Shown: positions 11,831 through 22,617, counted from the first letter of the stretch. The stretch: DNA of 28,720 bases from Octopus sinensis (GCF_006345805.1 NW_021833560.1:1-28720); one strand, 5' to 3'. Numbers and translations are program-made. The notes: a model not told the origin generated them from the sequence alone.

Positions 11831-12110
11831 GTACTCCGTTGGTCTGATGAACGGAACAGCCTGCTCGTGAAAATAACGTGCAAGTGGCTGAGTACTCGAC
11901 AGAAACGCGTAACTTTAACGTAGTTCCATGGAAGAGTCAGCATGGCACACAATGAGACAGGGCTGGCCCTTTGAAATACAGATATTGGTAATTTTTGCCG
12001 GCTGAGTCGACTGGAGCAGCATGAAGTAAAGTGTTCGATCAAAGGACGCACTACGCGCCGCTGTGAATTGAACTCGGGACCTCAGCTAACCACTAAACCA
12101 AGAGCCTTCA
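11831..12110 (-). mobile_element. Diverged SINE: family-B-like head and centre with a family-C-like tail
   Basis: The minus strand begins tgaaggctcttggtttagtggttag (like 10240). Its 3' half tgtatttcaaagggcc...gcaggctgttccgtt matches ~24569-24710. Confidence 0.75.
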
Positions 12111-12188
12111 TATATATGCAGATATATGCACATACACTTGAACACAGATATGCCGTTATATGTATGTCTCTCTCTGCCTTTATCTCTT

Positions 12189-12253
<65 letters not shown>

Positions 12254-12264
12254 TATATATATAT

Positions 12265-12298
<34 letters not shown>

Positions 12299-12402
12299 GT
12301 GTGTGTGTACATGTTTATGTATGTATATACATACATATACATACATATATCTATATATATATGTATATGTACATGTATATATATATTATATGTGTATAAA
12401 TA

Positions 12403-12466
<64 letters not shown>

Positions 12467-12600
12467 CTATAAAATTAGATTTAATCCTAAATCTAATTTT
12501 TCCCTGTAAGTTTGGATTTACTCCCTAATATTATTATTATTATATATATATATGTGTGTGTGTGTATGTGTGTGTGTATGTACATATGTGTGTGTGTGTT
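12111..12600. repeat. Compound (CT)n/(TA)n/(GT)n microsatellite block
   Basis: Directly visible. Confidence 0.95.
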
Positions 12601-12637
12601 TATGTCTCTTTTTTTGTCTCCCCCACCACCACTACCA

Positions 12638-12820
12638 CCATGGCTTGACAACCGATTTGGTGTGTTTACGTCCCCGTAATACAAGCGGTTCGGCAAAAGA
12701 GAGCGATAGGATAAGTACCAGGCTTACAAAGAAAAAATACTGGGGTCGAACTGTTCGACTAAATGCGGTGCTCCAGCATGGCCGCAGTCAAATAACTGAA
12801 ACGACTAAAAGAATAAAAGA
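12638..12820 (+). mobile_element. SINE 3' portion ending in a CR1-type tail
   Basis: Core gataggataagtacca...ctggggtcga resembles family A. The tail gcggtgctccagcatggccgcagtc matches the CR1-like 3' end at 9835-9861. Confidence 0.75.
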
Positions 12821-13409
12821 AATATATATATATATATATATATATTATACTATATACATGCATTTGTGAGTGTGTGTGAATGCGTGTGCGTGTGTGTGCG
12901 TGCGTGTGCGGCCTGATCACAAAGACCGTGGACCGACGGAATCTTTAGAGCTGTGGAGAAATGAGCCTGGGAGATGTCTTTTTTTTTATGGCTCTATATC
13001 TTCGAAGTTCCAATCTCGCCTTGAACAATTTTGTCATTTCATCCCGCCGCCCCCCCCCCCCGGAGCGAAAAGGATTGATAAAATTTACTAGGAATACTAA
13101 ACATTGGATACAGGAATGGTTACAGCTTTAGAGAATATACTTGATGGTATACTTTCGGGTATTTTACGTTGTAAATTCATCGCTTGCCCAGCTGTATCGA
13201 TCGTTCACACTTCCATGAACAACATATGTAGCGTGGAGAGAGACTTGTTGCTAAATGAAGAAAATAAAAATGAAAAAAAAAAACGTTGACCGGCATTTAG
13301 TGATGCATGGAGATCTTTTAATTATCTTATAGAATAACGATAATGGGTGGAATATGTACTAAATACCAAATGATCAATTTATTTCTGATACAACTTTTTC
13401 TTGATTGTA

Positions 13410-13633
13410 AATACCCTCACGGATATTCTGCCTCCCGCTCTGCGACGATTTGGAGTTAGGTACACCTCATAGTCACTGAAAATGGGTCGGAAATCCCGTG
13501 AGTCGGAAATTCTGGTTTCACTAATGGCCACCACGTCGACATTCAGTGCCCTGAGATCGTTGCGCAGGTGACCCCGCCCTCCAAGCGACCCCAGGTCACG
13601 TACATTCACGCTGCCTATTTTGTACACGACCAT
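13410..13633 (-). pseudogene. N-terminus of an L1/Tx1-like ORF2 apurinic-type endonuclease (truncated)
   Basis: MVVYKIGSVNVRDLGSLGGRGHLRNDLRALNVDVVAISETRI carries the APE motifs (S)xNVxGL-like and DVVAISET. It lies just downstream of an ORF1 remnant. Confidence 0.85.
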
Positions 13634-13659
13634 GTTGTCGGAAAAAGAAAAAAGTAGAG

Positions 13660-15263
13660 AAAAGGAAAACTTACTTGGTTTTGTATGGAGGGGCGGATTG
13701 CTCGTCCCTCATGTTGATTTGGGGTGATTCTAACAGTAAATCACCAAGACTTCTCTTGGTAATATTCTCTCGAAAACCTCCGCTTTCCGGCGAGAACTGG
13801 ATTTTAAGAGTGTGTATATATGTTTGTGTTGTTTGAATGATTTGTATGTAGGTAGATAGGCAGAATGTGGGTAAGACAAAATCTTCTGGTGTAATGTTTG
13901 TGTGTTATTATGTACTTCATTAATTCATTGTTTTTTTTTGTTTTTTTTTTTGCTTGTTGCTATGTTGTTTATGTTAGTCGCTTTGATTTGTTCTTGTTGT
14001 TGTTTTTGTTGTTGAAGCTGTTGTTCCTGTGGTGGCTATGGTTGTGATTGTTGTTGTGGTTGTGGGATGGCTTGTGTTTCAGGTGTTAGGAGTGATGATG
14101 TTGATGCAGTGTTTGTTTTGGGTGTATTTGTGTTTGTTGGTTTGATTTTTTTTCTCTCTACTCCTTGTGTGGATGATGATTGTTGTTTGTTTTTCTTTCC
14201 GTCTCTTTTCGTTTGTTTTTTTTCAACTTCTACTCCTCATCGCGGTTCGACTCTCCACCTGTGATATCCACCCAGGAACTGAAATATCTTCGGGTGCTGA
14301 GAAGTATTCGGAGGAAACTCGGTGTCGGTATGGTTGTTGGTGTTGGTGGTGCTACGGCTGAATCTACCGATGATGATGATGCTGCTGCTGTTGTCGCTGG
14401 AGTTCTGATGGCAGTTGTTGGTCTAGGGAGGAGAGGTACACCGTCTCTATTTTTCTTTCAGTCTAGGGCAGAAGGCTTTTAAATGGTTAGCTGAAAAGCA
14501 AATGTGGCACTTTGCTTTCCTTCCAGCTACCCTGACTGGAATTATGCTGCCCCCAGGTTCAAGGATCTGGTCCGGGATGAGATTCACATTCTTTTGGGTC
14601 GTTTGGATGAGGAGTTCTATGGTCATCCCAGACCAGTTCTCCTTTTTGGTCCAATAGGCTTCTAGGATTTTCTAGTTTTCTTCGATGTCTATCGTTACTG
14701 CAGCAATTAGCCAAGGAATGGCTATTTCTGGCGGCACCTGTTGAATGATGATTTTGGCCAGCTCTGTCCGCAGTAGAAAGGAACCAACAACAGCTCTTCG
14801 CTTTTGAGGGGATTCGGAGAGTGGAATTTCGCTTCTTCCTCGGTGCGGATTCAAACGTCCACCGTTCCATAGCCCCTTCCTCTCTGTGTATATTCCTTTA
14901 GATTCTAGACGGAACCGAAAACTTTTTGCATTTGAGCTTCTGTGGCTCTTTCTACCCTCCTTGATTTTAATTCGATTGTACGGTAGGTCACTATGCGACG
15001 TATCGTATCCTGGATAGTCTCAAGGGTGGAGTTTAGCTTTACTGTTAGCCCGTCTCTCTCGACTAGCTGTCTGGCAATTTAAAGTTCCTCTTCAGAGAAC
15101 ACAATTCTCTGAAGGGGAAAAGATGACTTGGTAACTTCAACGAAGGAAAGTTTAGAGCTATTCCAAGCCGTTGCACCGGTTTGTTTCTCCGTTCTTTCGT
15201 TACTTCTATTGTTGTTGTTGCTTTTGCTGCTGCTATTGTTGTTGTTGCCACCTTGGCTATTGC

Positions 15264-15294
<31 letters not shown>

Positions 15295-15357
15295 CTTGCT
15301 GTTGTTACTGCTGTTACTGGTGTTGTTACTTGTATTCGCTAACCAAAGGGATTTCAT
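13660..15357 (-). pseudogene. Disrupted L1/Tx1-like ORF1 (gag-like, one CCHC zinc knuckle), copy 1
   Basis: Across stops and frameshifts: SFVEVTK...YGTVDV*IRTEEEAKFHSPNPLKSEELLLVPFYCGQ/KIIIQQVPPEIAIPW...ENWSGMTIELLIQ...IPDQILEPGGSIIPVRVAGRKAK-CHICFSANHLKAFC (CX2CX4HX4C at 14468-14509). Confidence 0.8.
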
Positions 15358-15916
15358 TTTTTTTCTCTGGTTTCAGCTCAGAGCTGCGGCCATACTGATG
15401 CACCGCCGTTATTGTTTACATTTTTCAAATTACTATTTTTATTTCGAACAATGTTGTCGAAAACGGAGCTAGTTGTTTTTCCGAAGATTTTCTAAGAGCT
15501 CTTTCTCGAAAAAAATTGGGGTTTTTTTCAACAAAAATACAGCTGTCGTCTGTTTTTTTAACGCTCCGTCGATTGCTACTCTAGCACTCTCTCTAATTGA
15601 CGTTTGGTAACGCTCCTCACTCTCCTCCCTCTCTAACATGTGAGCGTCACCTTGTTTTGTTGTGGTTTCTCCATGTTGATGGGGAAAACGCAAACAGCTA
15701 TGACTGAAAAACAAAATCAGTTGACCCATCCTCTAAAACTGGGGGACAAAACAGGAAAATAAACTCACCACTCGACAGTAATTAACTTGTTGTCCACAAT
15801 GGTAGAAACTTAAAGATCGCAAATATACGTATTATGTATTTTTCTTAATAAAATCCATGGAGCGAGGTCAAGTGAGGATTGCCAGGCCGACGGCCATAAT
15901 AATAATAATAATAATA

Positions 15917-15952
<36 letters not shown>

Positions 15953-15990
15953 TAATAATAATAATAACAACAACAACAACAACAATAATA

Positions 15991-16347
15991 ACAAGAGGAC
16001 TCAAAGAGCGCAAACCTCCGCCAAGGCAACACCAACGTCCTCTCAACGATTAGCCAGAGATGATTTTTAAAATGAGAATATCTTAAATAAACTCGACTGC
16101 TCTCACAAACGAGAATACTAAAAATGAAACTGATCGCTCTAAAAAATTAAGTAAAAACAAAAAACAGGAAAAATAATCCAGAATCCTTGACCGGTACTGA
16201 ATCGATCCAAAATCTAATCAGTCACAAGACAAAACATCCCTGGAAGTTTCATCCGAATCCATCGAGCGGTTCTTGAGATATGTTGTCCACGGACAAAAAC
16301 AAACACGATTGAAAACAATACCCCCGCCTTCGCTATGGCGGAGGTAA
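15991..16347 (-). mobile_element. Helentron-associated (HINE/DINE-1-like) non-autonomous element
   Basis: Subterminal inverted repeats acctccgcca (16014-16023) and tggcggaggt (16336-16345), a short internal IR ccgcc/ggcgg beside one end, a weak hairpin outside the other, and TT flanks on the minus strand. The class assignment is inferred from this architecture. Confidence 0.55.
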
Positions 16348-16349
16348 CA

Positions 16350-16737
16350 ATCCTTTCTACAGTAAGCACAAGGCTTGAAATTTAGTTGGAGGTGGGGGGG
16401 AGTCGATTAGACCAACACCAATACGCAACTGGTACTTAATTTATCGACCCCGGCAAAGTCGACCTCGGCGGAATTTGAGCTCAGAACGTCGCGACAGACG
16501 AAATACCTATTTCTTTACTACCCACCAGGGGCTAAACACAGAGAGGACAAACAAGGACAGACAAACGGATTAAGTCGATCACATCGACCCCAGTGCGTAA
16601 CTGGTACTCAATTTATCGACCCCGAAAGGATGAAAGGCGAAGTCGACCTCGGCGGAATTTGAACTCAGAACGTAACGGCAGACGAAATACGGCTACGCAT
16701 TTCGCCCGGCGTGCTAACGTTTCTGCCAGCTCGCCAC
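16350..16737 (-). mobile_element. Dimeric SINE family A (full monomer 16508-16737 plus a second monomer with a different tail, 16350-16507)
   Basis: Head ggcgagctggcagaaacgttagcacg on the minus strand. The core gtcgataaattaagtaccagtt occurs twice. Confidence 0.85.
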
Positions 16738-16741
16738 CTCA

Positions 16742-16796
<55 letters not shown>

Positions 16797-17013
16797 TAAT
16801 AGTAATAATAATAATTCTTTCTTTATTGGCCACCAGTGCCGAACACAAAACAGAGGACGATACACAGACGAGGGACTGTGAGGTTAAGTGTAAACAGCAA
16901 AACACAACAACTAACAATTAACAATATATAATTCCCCAATGGGGGTAGGAAAGATCCAGCGAGAGGCCAAAACAGCAACTTCACCTACTTTTGGCCCCTA
17001 ACACCACGGCACC

Positions 17014-18054
17014 TCAGGTAGGTAACAGTGGTTGCTGTGGCGCATTTTTTGCCCCTTTTCTTCTTTCCTTCGAACAAGAGACCCTGATGTGACCTGAATC
17101 GCTACAGAAGTAAAATTTCGGCCTCGTTCCTTCCACGATCACCTGGAGGTGCTGGCCTCCAGGGATTTCCCTTAGGTCGGGAATTTTCTCTACAGTTTCT
17201 GGTTTTACTTGCAATATGATTTCCAACCCTATCCCAACCCAATTTTCCTTTTGGATTTTTGAATTTCTAAGAAGCTTCTAGGATCTTTCAGCACCACGGC
17301 TTTCACTACCCACCAGAAATCGATTTCTGGTGGTATGTTACTTATTTTTATTCGGATCCATATCTGTCCCAGATAGATGAGAATTAAAGAGAACTCCTCC
17401 ATTTTTAATGGGACAGTTGAGTGTTTTTGTGCAAGTGATTCCGACTGAAATATGACCGTGATGTGGCCGAACTTTAGGACGTAGATGACAAAGCTGACAC
17501 CTCCACCATATAATTTTCAGGCAGAGCTCGGCTTGGTCTGATGGCATTTTTTCCAGTTTTCTTTTCATGGACAGACATCTGTATATGATTGGTTTTTCTT
17601 TTTTTGGTTGCCTCTGGCAGGTTTTGAGGCGCATTTAGTGTGGCCTTTCTTTCTTCACGTCTTATAATCTCGGCTTCCTTTAAATGTTCTTCTTTATACT
17701 TTAATACATAATTTCAAACGTATTTGTAACTTTTGCGAAGCAAACGTTATTTCTACTTGAACTTTCTCTTTCTTTGTTCGAAATTTTACTGATTTGCGTG
17801 GTGGTCGTGGTCGTGATATTTTCCTTGTACAATTCGCTGCTGCTAGTTATATTTCGTGCTTCCTTGATCGAACTCTCAATACTCCTGACACTTCCACTCT
17901 TGTTATTGTCATTGCTGGAGCTACACCTCCTGCTACTACCACTATCATTTACATCTAGAATGAGTGGGGGCGATTGACGGCGAAAGACAATTTCGCGTTC
18001 TGCATCTCCTTCCACCTCCCTGTCTTGTTGACTGGCTAAGAAAGACGACGCCAT
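17014..18054 (-). pseudogene. Disrupted L1/Tx1-like ORF1, copy 2 (diverged paralog)
   Basis: FAKVTN...FGHITVIFQSESLAQKHSTVPLKMEEFSLILIYLGQIWIRIKISNIPPEIDFWW.../ENWVGIGLEIILQ...IPDLREIPGGQHLQVIVEGTRPK-FYFCSDSGHIRVSC aligns with copy 1. The first knuckle Cys is changed to Phe. Confidence 0.78.
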
Positions 18055-18294
18055 ATTAAATTTTGCAAATTTTGAAAGGACAATTAATTTTCTTTTCGAG
18101 TGATTTTTGTCCCACAGGGCAAAAAAGAAAAAAAAACCCTGTTAATCAGTCCAATATGGCCTAGATTAACTTAGTCACAAGTTAGAACAATAAAATGTAA
18201 CAATAACAATCTTTTTAGAGGTGGAAAACAAAAGGCACACATTTACGGAGCTCCGAAATACACATCTAGCTCTAGTGACAACAACAACAACAAC

Positions 18295-18341
<47 letters not shown>

Positions 18342-18360
18342 TGATGATGATGATGATAAT

Positions 18361-18589
18361 TAAGGCAGTGTGCTGGCAGAATCGTTAGCACGCCGGGCGA
18401 AATGCTTAGCGGTATCTCGTCAACCGCTACGTTCTGAGTTCAAATTCCGCCTAGATCGACTTTGCCTTTCATCCTTTCGGGGGTCGATTAAATAAGTACC
18501 AGTTACGTACTGGGGTCGATATAATCGACTTAATCCGTTTGTCTGTTCTTCTTTGTCCCCTCTATGTCTAGTCCCTTGTGGGCAATAAA

Positions 18590-18590
<1 letters not shown>
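18361..18590 (+). mobile_element. SINE family A, full-length monomer
   Basis: Head gctggcagaatcgttagcacg, B-box-like gagttcaaattcc, (TAAA)n/(TAA)n tail. Confidence 0.9.
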
Positions 18591-18620
<30 letters not shown>

Positions 18621-18682
18621 CAATATAATAATAATAATAATATAATAATAATAATAATAATGATGATGATGATGATGATAAT

Positions 18683-18912
18683 TAAGGCAGTGTGCTGGCA
18701 GAATCGTTAGCACGCCGGGCGAAATGCTTAGCGGTATCTCGTCAACCGCTACGTTCTGAGTTCAAATTCCGCCTAGATCGACTTTGCCTTTCATCCTTTC
18801 GGGGGTCGATTAAATAAGTACCAGTTACGTACTGGGGTCGATATAATCGACTTAATCCGTTTGTCTGTTCTTCTTTGTCCCCTCTATGTCTAGTCCCTTG
18901 TGGGCAATAAAT
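18683..18912 (+). mobile_element. SINE family A, identical tandem duplicate of 18361-18590
   Basis: No differences seen over the SINE body. Period 322 bp. Confidence 0.9.
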
Positions 18913-18915
18913 AAA

Positions 18916-18946
<31 letters not shown>

Positions 18947-18963
18947 CAATAATAATAATAATA

Positions 18964-18995
<32 letters not shown>

Positions 18996-19138
18996 AACGG
19001 ACTCGTCAAAATAACCATATATTTTGAAAGGTTACCTTTATCATTTATATTGATCTGAATGATAATTAGAGCGTAAACACAATACCTTTTTAAAAACCGT
19101 CTTTAGAACTACAAGGTTGAATATAGCTTTCATTGATC

Positions 19139-19172
<34 letters not shown>

Positions 19173-19451
19173 TACAAACATACATATACATAGCCCGCTA
19201 AACCATACATACATACATAAGAGGCATATTTTTTTTGTTAGTTTTGTTCATTGTTTAATTCATTCTTTTTTTTATTCCGTATTTCAGATGTGACATATGC
19301 TATTGTTGTTTCAGATTTTATGATATTGTGTTCTTGTCTATTGTTTGCTTACAATCTGTCCGACATGTTCCATATAACGAAAGGTCATTTGTAGTTATAT
19401 GTATCTAAATATAAACATGTATGTGTATGTGCGTTTTTATATATATATATT

Positions 19452-19593
19452 TCTTTACTACCCACAAGGGGCTAAACATAGAGGGGACAAACAAGGACAG
19501 ATAGACGGATTAAGTCGATTATATCGACCCCAGTGCGAAATTGGTACTTTATTTATCGACCCCGAAAGGATGAAAGGCAAAGTCGACCTCGGC
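19452..19593 (-). mobile_element. SINE family A 3' fragment
   Basis: Matches the 3' 140 bp of the other family A copies. Confidence 0.85.
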
Positions 19594-19882
19594 ATGATGA
19601 CTGCCCCCTCGTTATCGAGTATGGCCATTGCACGAAGCTTAACTGTTACTGGTGCTGTGATCGAATGTGACTTTTTCGCCCACCCAAAGATCTACAATGT
19701 CTTGTACAGAATTGGCAACTAAAACCTTTACCGGTAATAGCCGGCTGTAGTTGTAACTGGGCTTCATGTACCTTTGCATGTCGTTTAAGTCCTCCTGCCG
19801 AATTACACTCTCTTCCACATGTCCGACAGATATGATTAGTATGGTGTGTTACACCACCACCAGTGGCCAAGTTGTCACTCAT
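19594..19882 (-). mobile_element. RTE-like LINE 3' end with two C2H2 zinc fingers
   Basis: HICRTCGRECNSAGGLKRHAKVH and FSCQFCTRHCRSLGGRKSHIRSQH, then a short 3' segment repeated at 21080-21161. The RTE assignment rests on the terminal CxxC-R-C-S-xxGL-xSH-R motif. Confidence 0.65.
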
Positions 19883-20069
19883 CTGTCTACATATATATCT
19901 ATAATTTAATTAGAGGATATGTTAACCTCGTGAAGGGATGGTTGTATCAGAGGAAATGGAAATAATGGTTCAATACCTAGTATCGTTGGGGAATGAAATT
20001 CCCGTAAAACAACAGGTATTTATTAAGAATATAGTTCATATTCAGTTAAAAGAATAAAAGAAAATGGAA

Positions 20070-20374
20070 ATAAGGAAGTTAATTTCCATTTATTATTAAC
20101 AAATTGGTCATCTTAGCTTCTTACAGCCGTTTCAATTAATTCTCAATAATTTAATTACAAACGTGACATGAGCATAATGTCACCAAAGAGCTTGAGATGT
20201 TATATGTGGACCTATCAATTCATTTCACTAGACTCTGAATCTGAAATTATTCTCTTGTCACATAATTGCAAATTTAATGTACAAATTTATAATTAAGGTA
20301 TTGAGTACTAACTGAAACGTCTGTAAGAAGCGAAGATGACCAATTTGTTAATAATAAATAATTAACTTCCTTAT
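20070..20374. repeat. Inverted repeat pair (~78-bp arms: 20070-20148 and 20299-20374; ~150-bp spacer)
   Basis: tttattattaacaaattggtcatcttagcttcttacagccgtttcaattaattctcaata aligns with the reverse complement of tattgagtactaactgaaacgtctgtaagaagcgaagatgaccaatttgttaataataaa. Confidence 0.85.
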
Positions 20375-20450
20375 CTCTATTTTATTTTATTTTATTCTTT
20401 TAGCTACACACACACACTGGGTGAGTATAGTTCATAAAGGAAAAGAATGG

Positions 20451-20529
20451 CTTCATTGATAGTTCCAATCAATTTATTTTTTTTAATATATTGTTAACAA
20501 AATTAAATCGATTAGAGCTACCAGTGAAG
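20451..20529. repeat. AT-rich hairpin element, copy 1
   Basis: Arms cttcattgatagttccaatcaattta / taaatcgattagagctaccagtgaag. Homologous to 21638-21707. Confidence 0.7.
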
Positions 20530-20546
20530 TCATACTTTTCTTTTTT

Positions 20547-20628
<82 letters not shown>

Positions 20629-21079
20629 GGTATGTATGTATGTATGTATGTATGTAAACATTATTATAATATTGGGTATCTCTTAGATACCCTAAATTAT
20701 AATTTTAATAAAAAAAAATTTTCCTTCGAAGTTTTTTATTCTCATGGTTGCCACTTGATAAGTTCGATATTTAAATAACGATCTTGACCTTATTTATATA
20801 AATTTATATATGTGTGTATGTATGTGTGTGTGTATGTATGTATGTATGTATGTATGTATGTATGTATGTATGTATGATTACCGATGATGTTGACTTGTTC
20901 TTCTTTTCGGATTACGGCTGCTGTTGCTTAGTGAGAGGGATTGTCTCAGTGCACAGCCTTTCCTCACTTTAAAAACAAATCTTCTTGCACAGGCATTGCA
21001 CGATAGCAACAGTGTTCATGATTGTTGATAGTGCTGTGAGTGTCAACTGAATCGCTGGCTGTGGCCTTAAAAAGCAAAT

Positions 21080-21161
21080 AAAAGTCACATTCGATCACAG
21101 CACCAGTAACAGTTAATCTTCGTGCAATGGCCATACTCGATAACGAGGGGGCAGCCATCAT
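21080..21161 (+). mobile_element. 82-bp 3' end of the same RTE-like family with a (TATG)n tail
   Basis: Reverse complement of 19594-19675 with 2 mismatches, followed by a long (GTAT)n to ~21342. Confidence 0.8.
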
Positions 21162-21345
21162 GTATGTATGTATGTATGTATGTATGTATGTATGTATGTA
21201 TGTATGTATGTATGTATATGTGTGTGTATGTATGTATGTATGTATGTATGTATGTATGTATGTATATATGTATGTCTGTCTGTATGTATGTCTGTCTGTC
21301 TGTATGTATGTATGTGTATGTATGTATGTATGATGTATGTATGTA

Positions 21346-21563
21346 CAGAAATCCCTCGCCATATCATGGTTTATTATTTAAGCTTACGTCGATTCCTCCG
21401 TGGTGCTGTTTTTCATTTATAATAAAATAAATATATATAAATTATAAAAATAATGAAAAAATATATACAGTATAGTACTGTTTCTACTTCGCGGATTTTC
21501 ACGGATTTTCACCAGTCGCGCGAGTTTTGGAATGTAACACCTGCAATAGTCAATGGATTGCTG
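21346..21563. mobile_element. Tigger/pogo-like MITE with TA TSD
   Basis: TA-cagaaatccctcgccatatc ... gcaatagtcaatggattgctg-TA resembles CAGTAATCCCTCG-type Tigger termini. The right TIR is decayed. Confidence 0.6.
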
Positions 21564-21637
21564 TATATATGTATATTGGAAAATGTGAGAAATTCTTGGT
21601 ACAGTTAGGTGTATTTGAAAAAGGAAAAAAGTTACTC

Positions 21638-21707
21638 CACCGGTAGTTCTAATGAATTTAATTTTTTAAATATTATTAAAAAATTAAACTGATTAGAACT
21701 ACCAGTG
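21638..21707. repeat. AT-rich hairpin element, copy 2 (32-bp arms, 3 mismatches, 6-nt loop)
   Basis: caccggtagttctaatgaatttaattttttaa-atatta-ttaaaaaattaaactgattagaactaccagtg. Confidence 0.85.
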
Positions 21708-21734
21708 AAATCATTCTCTTCCTTTTCATATATA

Positions 21735-21776
<42 letters not shown>

Positions 21777-21788
21777 TATATATTATAT

Positions 21789-21831
<43 letters not shown>

Positions 21832-21836
21832 TATAT

Positions 21837-22195
21837 AACGGGAAGCTTTATAAAAATAGACAAAAGACGAAGGCAGTGGAAAACAAACAAACAATTGTAT
21901 TAGTATGGCGCTCAGGAAATATAAATAAAACAAGTCTTAAACGTTTCGAGCCTACGCTCTTCAACAGAAGATACACAGAGAAAAAAAACACAGAAAGAAG
22001 GAGAGAAAAATGCGTGCAGTAACTAACGAATCAACATGGCGATCTGATTTCGGCCAGAAGTCAAAGATCAAACATGAGACACGAGAGCGAAATTAGGGGA
22101 GATAATAGGGTTGAATGACCTACTCCAACATAAGGGTGTGTGTGTGTGTGTGTGTATGAGAGAGTATTAGTACGTATGAGAGGTCTGGACGTGAG
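21837..22195 (-). mobile_element. Penelope-like 3' repeat (pLTR) copy, without coding sequence
   Basis: 21837-22110 is the reverse complement of 27245-27523 with scattered differences. 22165-22195 matches the spacer repeat near 26970-27010. It abuts (TA)n at its 3' end. Confidence 0.8.
21935..21971 (-). ncRNA. Minimal type I hammerhead-like motif with variant core (CUGUUGA)
   Basis: Minus strand UCUU-CUGUUGA-A-GAG-CGUAGG-CUC-GAA-ACGU-U-UAAGA. Stem I is imperfect. Confidence 0.5.
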
Positions 22196-22204
22196 TATCC
22201 AAAC

Positions 22205-22500
22205 ATGAAAACACAAAGAGAGAACACAAGAACGCGAGGACGTGGAATAAGTATAGTATTATTGGACGCCCAGGAAAGAAGGAAAGAAGGAGGGTTTAAT
22301 GTTTCGAGCGGAGCTCTTCGTCAGAAACATAGGAAAAGGAAAGATCCAAGAAGAGAAGACGGAGGAAAAATAAATCGCCAACGGTACACACGCATGTCAC
22401 ATTTTGAATGACCGGAAGGGAATGGGTGAAGAAAAAGTTCTTTCAAAGACAGGAGAGTGCAGAAGGAGGTATGTGTGTGTAAGTGTGGATATGTACGCGC
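22205..22500 (-). mobile_element. Second Penelope-like pLTR-type segment
   Basis: Carries an HHR motif followed by tttcctgggcgtccaataatac, similar to tttcctgagcgccatactaatac downstream of the other family's HHR. Confidence 0.55.
22294..22328 (-). ncRNA. Minimal type I hammerhead ribozyme motif
   Basis: Minus strand GUUU-CUGACGA-A-GAG-CUCCG-CUC-GAA-ACAU-U-AAAC: canonical CUGANGA and GAAA, 4-bp stem I, 3-bp stem II. The helix III segment ACAU is not self-complementary. Confidence 0.6.
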
Positions 22501-22617
22501 GCGCAAGTCTGCGTGTGCGTGTGTGTGTATGTGTGTATGTGTGCAATGATAGCACTGTGTGTGTGTGTGTGTGGTTGTGGCTGTTAATCTATGTGTGTGG
22601 TTGGGCTTAGTATTGTT

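Noticed and set aside
15469-15729. 86-aa minus-strand ORF upstream of the ORF1 remnant
   Set aside because: It could be part of the LINE 5' region, but shows no similarity to the second ORF1 copy and no motif.
19646-19882. C2H2 zinc-finger ORF as a host transcription-factor gene
   Set aside because: No TGEKP-type linker, and its downstream 82 bp recurs with a simple-repeat tail at 21080-21161, which fits a LINE 3' end.
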